Origin: Desulfatiglandales bacterium
GTDB lineage: Bacteria > Desulfobacterota > DSM-4660 > Desulfatiglandales > Desulfatiglandaceae
Direction of reading: 5' to 3'
Assembly (NCBI GenBank): GCA_963666345.1
Contig: OY762721.1
Coordinates: 3,648,001-3,712,000, forward strand
DNA: 64,000 nt
In this document: positions 37,562 to 47,150 of the stretch, one piece after another
Position numbering within the stretch: the stretch's first letter is position 1
Layout of the letters: each line of letters opens with the position of its first letter
The notes under the pieces: generated by a model
What the model was told of the DNA's origin: nothing
The model's input: only the letters and a program-made list of their open reading frames with translations
Databases searched by the model: none
Translations under genes and position numbers: made by a program

Positions 37562-38788
37562 TTATATGGTGTGAAGACTGTCCTTTGCCTTTTTAAGCCT
37601 TTCTATGGCAAGGCTTCCACTTATGATGCAGTATGCGTTTTCAAGATACGCGGCATTAAGCCCGGTTGTCTCGGCAAGCCTTCCAAGCCTTTCCTCTTGT
37701 CCCAGGATCTTGAAACCGAGGATGGTCCTTACCCCTGCCGCCCTCAGCTTTGCCGCGTCCGAGCCGAACTGGAGGCAGAGCCTTCCCTGAAGCATCCAGT
37801 CGACAAGTTCCCTCGGCTTGAACGGGGTGTTGAGTATCAGCTCAATGAGGCTTGCCTTTACAAGGTTCTGCACGTTGTCGATCCCCTGCTCAAAGAACCT
37901 CTCCTTGTGGTAGGAGGTTATGCCCTCGAGCAGGTCGAGGGGAAGCCTTGAGGCCCTCTGCTCCGGCCTGCTTGCCGAGAATTTGAAGCGCTCCGCCATG
38001 TAGGTAAGGGCGCGCTGGGGGAAAAAGCCTATAAGAAACGAGATCACAGGGAGCATATCCGTCAATGTATCGTCAGGCACCAGGTCCACCCTGATTTCGC
38101 CCGACATGAGCTCACCTGATGGTAGGGCCGAGATAAAGTAGTAGAATATGAGCGAGACAAAGGTGCTCAGCACCATCCTGACACCCACCCCGTAATAGGC
38201 GGCAGGAGGAAGATCTATGGTGATAAGGCGTCTCAGGATGTAGCGTATCGACCATATGTAGGCGCCGAGGAATGCTATGAGCATGGAAAGAAGCGCCGGC
38301 GAACAGGTAAGATCCGATCCGTCATGCTCGAGCACGAGCTTCGGCACGGAAAGGAGCCTTTTCCCTCCCTCGCAGAACATGAGGCAGAAGGCCATTAGGC
38401 TGAATATGGTCACAAACAGGAGGGGCAGGGCATAGTCCCACTGGCTGTACCTTCTGTCCGACACGATCAGGGTATGGGCATCTTCAATGTCCACGTTCTT
38501 AAGATTCTCTATTATCCTTTCGTGCTCGATCTCTTTTCTTGGAAGTCGAAGTGTGCGGTATGATACGAATGTAAAGGGTAGAAAAGAGATGAGAAGGACA
38601 ATTCCCGCGTAGAAATACCAGCTCTCGGTAAAGGCCGCCACATTGGATGTCTTGACGTTGAGATAAACGATTAAAACAAGGGTTGCAAGGGTGAGCCCGA
38701 GCAGAAAGGCGAATGTCTTCCCACGCCTTTTTATGATCCCGGGCCGGTCTTTTTCCTTTTTCTGGCTCTCTTCAGGTAAGCTGTCCAT
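37562..38788 (-). CDS. Membrane protein of unknown function with a C-terminal HhH-like soluble domain
   Basis: About 6 hydrophobic segments (FLGAYIW, FLIGFFP), then LEGITSYHKERFFEQGIDNVQNL..LRAAGVRT. Confidence 0.75.
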   Translation of the reverse strand: MDSLPEESQKKEKDRPGIIKRRGKTFAFLLGLTLATLVLIVYLNVKTSNVAAFTESWYFYAGIVLLISFLPFTFVSYRTLRLPRKEIEHERIIENLKNVDIEDAHTLIVSDRRYSQWDYALPLLFVTIFSLMAFCLMFCEGGKRLLSVPKLVLEHDGSDLTCSPALLSMLIAFLGAYIWSIRYILRRLITIDLPPAAYYGVGVRMVLSTFVSLIFYYFISALPSGELMSGEIRVDLVPDDTLTDMLPVISFLIGFFPQRALTYMAERFKFSASRPEQRASRLPLDLLEGITSYHKERFFEQGIDNVQNLVKASLIELILNTPFKPRELVDWMLQGRLCLQFGSDAAKLRAAGVRTILGFKILGQEERLGRLAETTGLNAAYLENAYCIISGSLAIERLKKAKDSLHTI

Positions 38789-38896
38789 TCCGGATACCTC
38801 CTTTTACGATATAAGGATGGTTTTGTTTACCAGGACAACTTCGTATCCCTCCCTACAGGGCGGCGGAGTGTTTAAGTGAGGGCGTTATTGAGACAC

Positions 38897-38922
38897 ATGA
38901 TGCACATAAATTTGTGCATCAT
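38897..38922. promoter_or_regulatory. Perfect palindrome ATGATGCACA-N6-TGTGCATCAT
   Basis: Read directly; core TGCACA-N6-TGTGCA. Confidence 0.7.
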
Positions 38923-39217
38923 TAGGATAAGGTCCTGCCTGAAAGTTTAAAAAATCACAAAAGCCAAATATTAAACATAATATCAATAGGTTGAATTTGT
39001 AAAAAGAACACTTACGCATGATATATGAAGCAAGTAGCGTGCCCCTTATTGTGTGCCGTGGAAAACCCAAATGGAAAAAGATGAATGAATCAGGCAGGTG
39101 CCTGTGGAAGACAGATATGGTAAGGGAATCAGTGGGTTTTGGAAAATTTTCTTATCTTGGGAGAGGGCATGAAAAATGAAGGAGGGTAAAGGGGCGATTT
39201 TGATTTTTTCGTTTTTT

Positions 39218-39257
39218 TGCACATTTTTTTGTGCATGAGTGCACATGATTATGTGCA
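39218..39257. promoter_or_regulatory. Two tandem TGCACA-N6-TGTGCA palindromes
   Basis: Sites at 39218-35 and 39240-57. Confidence 0.7.
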
Positions 39258-39319
39258 AAAATCTCTGATAGTGGTGGTTACTCCCTGAAATGATATTGAA
39301 AAATGATTCAGGGCATGAT

Positions 39320-39342
39320 AGACTAGTCTGAAACTAGTCTGA
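39320..39342. promoter_or_regulatory. Probable TA autorepression operator
   Basis: Palindrome AGACTAGTCT and direct repeat ACTAGTCTGA x2 immediately before the antitoxin RBS. Confidence 0.6.
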
Positions 39343-39352
39343 GGAGTGAACC

Positions 39353-39592
39353 ATGGAAAAAGTAGGAGCATATGAGGCCAAGACGCACCTGCCCAAGTTG
39401 CTTGAACGGGTGATGAAAGGGGAACGCATCACAATCACAAAACATGGTATCCCTGTCGCGGTACTCCAGTCGCCTGATCCTGAAAAAATGGTGAATACCG
39501 AATCGGTTATCGCCGAAATCCGTGAATTGCGGGACATGCATCGGCTTGACGGCGTCTCAATCCGTGAGATGATTGATGAAGGAAGAAGATGA
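39353..39592 (+). CDS. Phd/YefM family antitoxin
   Basis: VGAYEAKTHLPKLLERV..GERITITKHG.PVA. Confidence 0.92.
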   Translation: MEKVGAYEAKTHLPKLLERVMKGERITITKHGIPVAVLQSPDPEKMVNTESVIAEIRELRDMHRLDGVSIREMIDEGRR

Positions 39593-40011
39593 TAATGGGC
39601 TCCTTTGTGGTGGATAATTCAATTGTGATGTCATGGTGTTTTAAAGATGAGGCAAATCAATATGCCGATGCGGTGCTGGATTTTCTTTCCGAGGCAACCG
39701 CCTTTGTCCCGTCGATCTGGCCGTTTGAAGTAGTAAATGTATTGCTGGTGGCGGAGCGTCGAAAACGCCTCAGCGAAGCGGACAGCGTCCGGTTTATGAC
39801 ACTGTTGTCGCATCTGCCGATAGTTGTGGAATATGAACGTCCGGAAAGGACGATGAAGGATCTCCTGGCACTTGCAAGATCCAATAACCTTTCAAGCTAT
39901 GACGCCTCCTATCTCGATCTTTCCATGAGAAAGGGCATTCCCATTGCCACATCGGACAGACGGCTGATAGAGGCCTCAAAAAGGATCGATGTCCCGATTC
40001 TTGAAATTTGA
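39589..40011 (+). CDS. vapC: VapC family PIN-domain toxin
   Basis: VVDNS, P.IWPFEV, LSSYDASYL, ATSD; 4-nt overlap with the antitoxin. Confidence 0.92.
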   Translation: MIMGSFVVDNSIVMSWCFKDEANQYADAVLDFLSEATAFVPSIWPFEVVNVLLVAERRKRLSEADSVRFMTLLSHLPIVVEYERPERTMKDLLALARSNNLSSYDASYLDLSMRKGIPIATSDRRLIEASKRIDVPILEI

Positions 40012-40080
40012 AATCTCTCTTCGATACCCATGTTTCAACTCTGTGATATTCAAAGTGAATTCAGGCCTTTGGTAAGCTAA

Positions 40081-40161
40081 TGCATGTTTTTTTTGTGCTC
40101 GGATAATTTTATGCACATAAAACTGTGCATCCTTGCTTCTCATTGCACATGTTTATGTGCA
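40081..40161. repeat. Array of TGCACA-N6-TGTGCA palindromes (two exact, one degenerate)
   Basis: Exact sites at 40112-29 and 40144-61. The linkers CGGATAATTTTA and TCCTTG are shared with 43364-43443. Confidence 0.8.
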
Positions 40162-40317
40162 TTTAGTAAAATTAACTATATGGTGCATCTTTTTATGATT
40201 CCAGTATCGGTTACGCTTTTATGGATGCGCAAAAAAAATAGTTTCTACTGTCAAATCTCTGATATTTTTGCTAAAAATCAGAGCATCATTTATGAGTTTC
40301 AATGTCAGTGAGGTAAA

Positions 40318-41199
40318 ATGAAAACTTCAGAATCCCTGCTCATAGGAGCATTCGATATCCACATACATGCGGGACCCGACATAGTTCCCAGGAAAATGGA
40401 TGCTGTCGATCTGGTCTCAGAGGCCAGGGATGTCGGAATGGCCGGAATTCTCATAAAAGATCATGTTAAACCTACTTCTGATCGGGCATATATGTTGAGT
40501 CGTTTATTTCCGGACATTCAGGTCTTTGGAGCCCTTGCTCTCAACTATACGGTGGGTGGGATAAACCTCCATGCGGTACGTGCGGCCGTTCGTAGCGATG
40601 TCAAGCAAATCTACATGCCTACCTTCTCTGCTGCCCATGATATAAGGCAGGGGGGAGGTGTCAGGGAGTCATACAGAGATCTTGTCCCGCAAAATGAAGA
40701 TGTTGGAATTAAAATCGTGGATAATGAGGGAAACTTTATGAGAGCTTTGAATGAAATCCTGAAAACTGTTGCCGAAAGTGACACGATTCTGGGGACCGGT
40801 CATATTTCCCCTCATGAATCTTTAGGTTTAATAAAAAGAGCCAGGGCGCTTGGTGTCGATAAAATACTGGTAACTCACCCTATGAGTCACTCGGTTGACA
40901 TGCCTTTGAAAGACCAGAAAGAGGCTGTCTCAATGGGTGCAATCATAGAACACTGTTATTTTGCCTGCACACCGCTTGCGTGCAGCGAACCTTTAGAGGC
41001 TCTAAGAAAGATGGCTGCACAAATCCAAGCGGTTGGACCTGGAAATTGTATTATGTCCACCGATTTGGGCCAATCCCAAAACATTTCTCCTGTTGAGGGC
41101 ATGAAGGAATTCATTGAGAAAATGCTCTCTTGCGGTATCTCAGAAGAACAAATTGATATAATGATAAGGAAAAATCCGAAAAAGATCCTTGGGCTGTAA
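40318..41199 (+). CDS. Metal-dependent TIM-barrel hydrolase (DUF6282-like amidohydrolase superfamily)
   Basis: DIHIHAGPD, IKDH, MPT, GTGH, VTHP, STDLGQ, NP. Confidence 0.8.
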   Translation: MKTSESLLIGAFDIHIHAGPDIVPRKMDAVDLVSEARDVGMAGILIKDHVKPTSDRAYMLSRLFPDIQVFGALALNYTVGGINLHAVRAAVRSDVKQIYMPTFSAAHDIRQGGGVRESYRDLVPQNEDVGIKIVDNEGNFMRALNEILKTVAESDTILGTGHISPHESLGLIKRARALGVDKILVTHPMSHSVDMPLKDQKEAVSMGAIIEHCYFACTPLACSEPLEALRKMAAQIQAVGPGNCIMSTDLGQSQNISPVEGMKEFIEKMLSCGISEEQIDIMIRKNPKKILGL

Positions 41200-41299
41200 A
41201 CGTCATTGAACGGGTTATTCCCTTAAAAGTCTTTATTGAAACGACAGACATACCCGGCGAATTAACCAATTGACAAATAATCAGGGGAGATATCAGCAA

Positions 41300-42262
41300 A
41301 TGTATGAACTCGAATTAATAGAATCGGCAGAAAAACTGGTAAGGGAAGTAATAAGGGTAAAAAAGGAAGACAGCGTGCTTGTGGTTACTGACGCTGATAA
41401 ATTGAACGTTGCCAAGGCGCTTTCGCTCTCCTGCCGGGGACTTGGCTCTGAAACAGTCATCACAATTGTTCCCTTAACAGGTGAACACGGCCAGGAACCT
41501 CCGGCAACAGTTGCAGCAGCTATGAAGGCTGCCGATGTGGTATTTGCTCCTACAACCCATGCCCTTACACATACCCGGGCGAGACTGGATGCCTTTAAAG
41601 CCGGGGCCCGCGTAATAATACTGAGAGGCGTGACCGAAGACATGATGGTAAGAGGGGCGATGACCGTAGATTTTAATGAACTTAAGGAAAGGACCGGGAC
41701 CATTTCAGAAAAACTTGGTAAGGCGAACAATATTTCAGTGACTTCCCATGAGGGTACAAATGTCACTTTCAGTATTGCAGGCCGTAATGCCTTTTCGCTT
41801 GACGGTTTTTTTCATGAAGAATACGGATTTGCCACACTGCCGCCGGGAGAGGCGCCGACCTGTCCGGTGGAAGGAACAATGGAAGGGACATTGGTTTTTG
41901 ATTATTCCATGGATGGCATCGGAAAACTGAGCCAGCCCCTTAGGCTTGAAATCAGACAGGGTGAAGTCGTTTCTGTTTCAGGCGGAATAGAAGAGGTAAG
42001 CTTTCTTGAGCAGATATTTGAAAAAGACCCGACAGCGCGAAATATAGCTGAATTTGCCGTCGGAACAAATCCCAACGCGCGACTTATCGGGAATCTTGCG
42101 GAAGACAAAAAACTGGCCGGTACGGTCCACTTTGCCGTAGGGGACAATAAGTCTCTTGGGGGAGTTGTTGAAAGCAGTGTGCATCTCGACGGACTGATGC
42201 TAAAGCCGACCGTTATTGCAGATTATGCCACCCTGGTCAGCGAAGGCAAGTTGGTTTTATAA
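41300..42262 (+). CDS. Peptidase M29 (aminopeptidase T-like) family protein
   Basis: GQEPP..VAAAM, LTHT, LPPGEA, IAEFAVGTNP, EDKK..GTVHFAVGDN, HLDG. Confidence 0.85.
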   Translation: MYELELIESAEKLVREVIRVKKEDSVLVVTDADKLNVAKALSLSCRGLGSETVITIVPLTGEHGQEPPATVAAAMKAADVVFAPTTHALTHTRARLDAFKAGARVIILRGVTEDMMVRGAMTVDFNELKERTGTISEKLGKANNISVTSHEGTNVTFSIAGRNAFSLDGFFHEEYGFATLPPGEAPTCPVEGTMEGTLVFDYSMDGIGKLSQPLRLEIRQGEVVSVSGGIEEVSFLEQIFEKDPTARNIAEFAVGTNPNARLIGNLAEDKKLAGTVHFAVGDNKSLGGVVESSVHLDGLMLKPTVIADYATLVSEGKLVL

Positions 42263-42636
42263 ATACAGGGTCTTGAGTGGAGCAGATGATTAAAAGCGGT
42301 ATAAGTCCTAGTCATAACTATTAAAAACAAGTACTCAAAACGCTCCAAAATTTCAGGGAAAAAACCTAGTGAAATTTTAAGATATTTTTCCATTGATCTG
42401 AATGCCTCTGGAGTTGCCCGACTCCAAGTCTCTGCAAAATCTTATAATAGTCGTTAGCTAGGCTAGAATATCCTTTTCCGCTTGACATGCCGCCTTTTTC
42501 TTCTATCGTATTAGCCGTCTTTTCATAAGGTTATTGGGGAAATGGGGACCTGAGGTAATTCCTTGCGTCTGCTTCGGCAGCATACAGGCGGGGCGACCGC
42601 TTACACAAACAGATGTCATTTTTCAGGAGATTTCCA

Positions 42637-43332
42637 ATGTCAGTATTTTTTACCGATTACAGCGAGTTTCTGATCAGGATACTTATAGCATCGTTGCTGG
42701 GCGGATTGATCGGTCTGGAAAGAGATATTCACGGACGCGCGGCCGGTCTCAGGACTCATCTGCTGGTCAGCCTGGGAGCGGCGGTTTTTACGATCCTGTC
42801 CGGGGTCATTGCCGGCAGTGTCGGACCATCGGGGTTTCAAGGCGACCCGGGTCGGATCGCGGCTCAGGTCGTGACAGGCATCGGGTTTTTGGGAGCCGGT
42901 GTGATTATAAAGGAAGGCATCAATGTCCGCGGTTTGACGACCGCCGCGTGCCTGTGGACAGTGGCTGCAATCGGAATGGCGGCCGGAAGCGGTTGTTACC
43001 TGCTTGCCGTTTCTACTACCGGTATTGCCTTAATCGGCCTTGTAATCATTAAATATTTCGAGAGCTTGTACTCCAAGGATTCTTACAGAATCTTGTGTAT
43101 CAGCACTCCGATCGAAGTTAATACCTCCCGGATAATAGATATCGTCAAGAGCAGCAGGTTAAGGGTCCTTACCTGTGACATAGAGAAAAACTATGAAACC
43201 GGCATTTCCCTTACGAGATTGTACATCCGGCTCTTTCACCGCGGCATTACAGACAAGCTTGCTCACGGCGTTATCAGTTCGCTTGAGAGTTCTTCCCTCA
43301 AGCTTAAAGAGGTTAAATGGGAGCACGCATAG
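42637..43332 (+). CDS. MgtC/SapB family protein
   Basis: GLIGLER..AAGLRTH, DPGRIAAQVVTGIGFLGAG, GLTTAA. Confidence 0.93.
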   Translation: MSVFFTDYSEFLIRILIASLLGGLIGLERDIHGRAAGLRTHLLVSLGAAVFTILSGVIAGSVGPSGFQGDPGRIAAQVVTGIGFLGAGVIIKEGINVRGLTTAACLWTVAAIGMAAGSGCYLLAVSTTGIALIGLVIIKYFESLYSKDSYRILCISTPIEVNTSRIIDIVKSSRLRVLTCDIEKNYETGISLTRLYIRLFHRGITDKLAHGVISSLESSSLKLKEVKWEHA

Positions 43333-43363
43333 AAGCAGGCCTGCTACGGCTCCGATATATTTA

Positions 43364-43443
43364 TGCACATAAAAATGTGCACGGATAATTTTATGCACAT
43401 GTTTTTGTGCATCCTTGTTTCACAATGCACATGTTTATGTGCA
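43364..43443. repeat. Array of three exact TGCACA-N6-TGTGCA palindromes
   Basis: Sites at 43364-81, 43394-411 and 43426-43; spacing 30 and 32 nt. Confidence 0.85.
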
Positions 43444-44125
43444 TTCAATAAAAAATTGCAATAAATCGGCTAAAAACATGTTTTCTTCTTGACATAACCT
43501 GTCATTCCACTAACCTACCTTTCGTACCATTGCTTCAAACAGCCTTTTTATTAAAAAAGGGCCCTGACCATGACGCTTCACCTGAAATTTTGCCTATCCC
43601 CCTCCTGACGGAAGATTTCTTTTCTGCCGGGGGGTGCTTGAAAGAATCAAATATATTTTTAGAAGCTTATTTTTCGGCTCACTCGAAAAGCGGCAGGCTT
43701 TTGACTGGTAGAGTTTCAGACTGTTTGTTGAGGGTGCTTCTTTTGATTCATCTGGAGCATTTGAAGCATGCGCTAGGGAGTAAAGAGCCCCTTGGACGAG
43801 TTGTGAAGGTGAAACAATGGTCTCTTATATATAAACCATATATCACTCCTCGCTAAGGGTTGAAAACTGCTTAATTGCTTGTAATGATAAGGTTTATGCC
43901 AGTTCAGAGAAGGGATATTATGACGCGATTTTGCAGCATATAGGGTTAGGGGTCGAGCCGCGGTAACGTAATGAAATAACTTGGAAAGAATACTAAAAAG
44001 GGTCAAGAATATTGAAAAGGGCGGTATATGACTCAATAACAGGTATTTTTGGAATGATTCTTATCCACGATCAATAGATTGTTGAGGTCCAACCGCAAGA
44101 CAAACGTAGGGTCGAGGTCGAGACT

Positions 44126-44455
44126 ATGCTGATTAACGTGGAATTCTTACAGAATGAGTTAGTGAAGCCCTTCTTTGAAGTCAAAATGGTCTTCAATGAG
44201 AATGGTGCCATATTCTTCTCTGTGGACAAACATCACAGAGACATGAAAGGTCCGGGTATCTCTTACGAAGACGATTACAAGGGCAATGCCCTGGCTGCAA
44301 TGCTGGCTTTTGGGAAAGTTGAAATACGGTTTCATGGATCGTTCTCTGATGTCCGCGTCGCCTCCATTGTTTCATCCCTCATTAAAAATGAAGGTCTTAT
44401 CTTTCTCGATGGCTGGCAGGTAACCTATCAAGGCAGGGTTCTTAAAATCGAATAA
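44126..44455 (+). CDS. Hypothetical protein
   Basis: 109 aa ATG ORF with a GAGG upstream; no family recognised. Confidence 0.55.
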   Translation: MLINVEFLQNELVKPFFEVKMVFNENGAIFFSVDKHHRDMKGPGISYEDDYKGNALAAMLAFGKVEIRFHGSFSDVRVASIVSSLIKNEGLIFLDGWQVTYQGRVLKIE

Positions 44456-44502
44456 CTGTGGATTGTACATATAGACATTCTGCCGAAGGTAATGAGCCGA
44501 AG

Positions 44503-44748
44503 CTACCGTGGTGAAGGTCTCCTCAGGGAGAAACGGGAAACCATCGGATCAAAATCGCGATCATCATGGAGCAGGGGCAATCCTTCCATGATGCAGAAGG
44601 TTCCGATAATTACATCAATTGGTTTTCGAACCGTAACCGCGGATTTTCGGAGTGCCCGGTAATTTTGGGCACTTTGAATAGCGATATTATATCCACCGAT
44701 CTGGCGAAACGGGAGAGCGCTGAGCAAGCCCCTGGCAGTTTTATAATG
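44503..44748 (-). pseudogene. 5'-truncated VapC/PIN nuclease
   Basis: AQNYRALRK..TVRKPIDVIIGTFC..LLHDDRDFD. The reading frame is cut near the left inverted repeat of the RAYT element. Confidence 0.8.
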
Positions 44749-44754
44749 GGTCTG

Positions 44755-45702
44755 GGGTCGGACCGAGATAACTAGCTAAAATAACATCTAAAAGCTTGGA
44801 AATTAAGTGTTTTTCAATGCTCAAACCATCAATTTTGATGCCAAAATTGGCTGATTAAGCAAATGGTAATAATATGCCAAGGGCAAATCGTCATTATATA
44901 CCTGGATATGTATGGCATATAACCCATAGGTGCCACAAGAAAGAGTTTCTCCTTAAGTTTGCCCGGGACCGTCGGCGTTGGATAGAGTGGCTCTTCGAAG
45001 CGAAAAAGAGATATGGTTTAAGCATTCTCAACTACATGGTTACATCAAACCATATTCATTTGTTGGTCTCAGACAGTGGTAAAAGGGACACAATACCTAA
45101 ATCAATTCAACTGATAGCCGGTAGAACAGGTCAGGAATATAATCACAGGAAGGGAAGGAAGGGTGCCTTTTGGGAAGACCGTTATCATGCCACTGCAGTT
45201 GCGTTGGATGAACATCTGTTCAAATGCATGGTATACATTGATATGAATATGGTAAGGGCTGGAGTTGTAAATCATCCTTCAGAGTGGCCATTTTGCGGCT
45301 ATAATGAAATACAGAAACCGAGGCAAAGATATTCTTTGATCGACTACGGGAGATTGATCCCCTTGCTTCAAATGAGAAGCATGGAAGCCCTTCAGGGGGT
45401 TTGCAGAAAGATGGTTGAGGAAAGGTCTACTGAAACAGATCGATCAACGGATTTAAGAGAAAGTAGGTGGACAGAGAGCATTGCTGTTGGAAACAAGAAG
45501 TTTATTGAGGGTACATTTAAAAGGCTTGGTGTTAAGGCAAAGGGGCGGAAGATTGTCGGTAGTGAAAGGAGTTCCGAGATAAGAGACCCGGCGATTCCTT
45601 ATATTGCTAATTTTGACCCTGAAATTAGCCTTTTAAGGTCTGAAAATACTTATTTTTGGAACGATAGTGCATAAAAATCAGTATATTGGCTTGGTCCGAC
45701 CC
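44755..45702 (+). mobile_element. RAYT-type element bounded by 13-bp imperfect inverted repeats
   Basis: GGGTCGGACCGAG (44755-67) and CTTGGTCCGACCC (45690-702) match at 12/13 positions as reverse complements. Confidence 0.65.
44874..45674 (+). CDS. REP-associated tyrosine (Y1 HUH) transposase
   Basis: MPRANR..WHITHR, YMVTSNHIHLL (HUH), GAFWEDRY, YIDMNMVRAG.V..P..W. Confidence 0.9.
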   Translation: MPRANRHYIPGYVWHITHRCHKKEFLLKFARDRRRWIEWLFEAKKRYGLSILNYMVTSNHIHLLVSDSGKRDTIPKSIQLIAGRTGQEYNHRKGRKGAFWEDRYHATAVALDEHLFKCMVYIDMNMVRAGVVNHPSEWPFCGYNEIQKPRQRYSLIDYGRLIPLLQMRSMEALQGVCRKMVEERSTETDRSTDLRESRWTESIAVGNKKFIEGTFKRLGVKAKGRKIVGSERSSEIRDPAIPYIANFDPEISLLRSENTYFWNDSA

Positions 45703-45711
45703 GAATTCTTA

Positions 45712-45791
45712 CGGAATAAGGTGTCGCAATGGTTCGGAACAGGGTGTCGGAATCAATCGGAATGGGGTGCCGGAATCGCTCGGAATACTCA
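45712..45791. mobile_element. Orphan IS21-family terminal end (23-nt repeats ending CGGAATACTCA)
   Basis: CGGAATAAGGTGTCGCAATGGTT / CGGAACAGGGTGTCGGAATCAAT / CGGAATGGGGTGCCGGAATCGCT / CGGAATACTCA; terminal CA. Confidence 0.7.
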
Positions 45792-45953
45792 GCCGTGGCA
45801 TAATCATAATAATAACAAGATAAATTGATTACATGTGAGATGTGCAATAGGATTCTTAATGAATGGTGATCTAAAATGAATTGTGATACGTGGTAAAAGG
45901 GAGAATGAAAGAAATTGAATATCCATTAAGATTTAATCAAGGAGACTGTACTT

Positions 45954-46157
45954 ATGGAAAAGCCAAGCAAGTCAGCTTCAAACCTCAAAGAACTTATCAA
46001 TCATGCCATCCAAGACCTTGAAGTAACACTGGACGAGTATAATAAAATCATGGACTGTGCTCACGAGGATGGTCATATTGACAAAGAGGAAAAGGCCTTG
46101 CTATCTCAATTTCAGCAAATGTTAAGTAATGGGACAATCAAGCGGGTAAAGGGCTGA
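45954..46157 (+). CDS. Small hypothetical protein
   Basis: 67 aa ORF with RBS AAGGAG and a DGHIDKEE motif. Confidence 0.65.
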   Translation: MEKPSKSASNLKELINHAIQDLEVTLDEYNKIMDCAHEDGHIDKEEKALLSQFQQMLSNGTIKRVKG

Positions 46158-47150
46158 CAAAGTTAAACATGTTCTAAGATAAAGACTAACCTTCTGTTCT
46201 CTAATAGAGAATGCCGTCTCCATACAGCCGTGCCTCCGGTTACGGCTGTATGGCAAAAGAGATCCTTGCAATGAGTGTAGGGGCAGGATTAAGTCTCCAA
46301 AAAATTCAAAAAACTGGAACATGAAAATAGTCAGCATTTCTATAGGTCTTAGATTGGGGACGGGCCACGGTAACATAATGAAATAACTTAGTAAGAAGTC
46401 TGAAAAGCGGCAGAAATAAGGGCTATATCGCCATTTTTGATTGCGAAAAGGGCACTATAGGTTTTTGTTGATGGATATGAGGCAGGCAGCCTTGCCGAAC
46501 CAAAGGTCCGGCAAGTCATAAATTCTGAATTACCTTATAAAATTAGTTAATGTTTTTGCAACCGGCTCAGGGGCGGGAAACTGCTTTTTCCCGTGCTCGA
46601 TAATTTTCATGATCCATGCCATGTTTCTGCCTAAAACCTCCATGATCTGTCTGCCTTCACCATCCTGCTCCATTTCACCCGGCTTTAGCCCGTGGGCCAC
46701 ATTCCAGTAGTTTGAAGAGGGCATGATCATCTCGGAGTAGTTGATATAATGATTAAGTGTGTCAACAGTGGGAATTCCTCCGGATCGCCTGACAGCAGCA
46801 ACAGCGGCGCCGACTTTGTGCCGGAACAGCCCACCGTTGGCTGAAGAAACAAAAAAGGCTCTGTCAAGAAAAGACTTCATTGTTCCAGCAACACCGGAAA
46901 AGTGGACCGGAGAGCCGAGCAGAATGCCGTCGGCTTCTTTTATCTTCTGAATCCATTCATTAACCGGATCGTCCGTAAAGGTACAGGCTTCATCCTGATT
47001 CTTAAGACAGCCGTGACAGGCAATGCATCCCCGGACCTTTTCTTTGCCGACATGGATCATCTCAGTCTCAATACCGGCCTTTTCCAATTCAGCGAAAACC
47101 ATGTTCAAAGAACAGGCTGTATTCCCTTTTTTCCTGGGGCTCCCGTTAAA

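Noticed and set aside
37118..37951. 277-aa plus-strand ORF
   Set aside because: Antisense shadow of the PLA2-like and membrane protein genes, with no motifs.
43364..43443. Mini CRISPR array from the palindrome repeats
   Set aside because: Linkers are only 12-14 nt and are conserved between clusters, unlike spacers.
38897..43443. Assigning the palindromes to NtrC or Rex
   Set aside because: NtrC sites are TGCAC-N7-GTGCA (here N8) and Rex arms have the opposite order (TTGTGAA..TTCACAA). No match can be claimed.
43530..44036. Short ORFs between mgtC and the 44126 gene
   Set aside because: Non-ATG starts, no RBS or recognisable motif; probably decayed sequence.
45712..45791. CRISPR array
   Set aside because: The 23-nt period leaves no room for unique spacers, there are no cas genes, and the terminal CA pattern fits an IS21 end.
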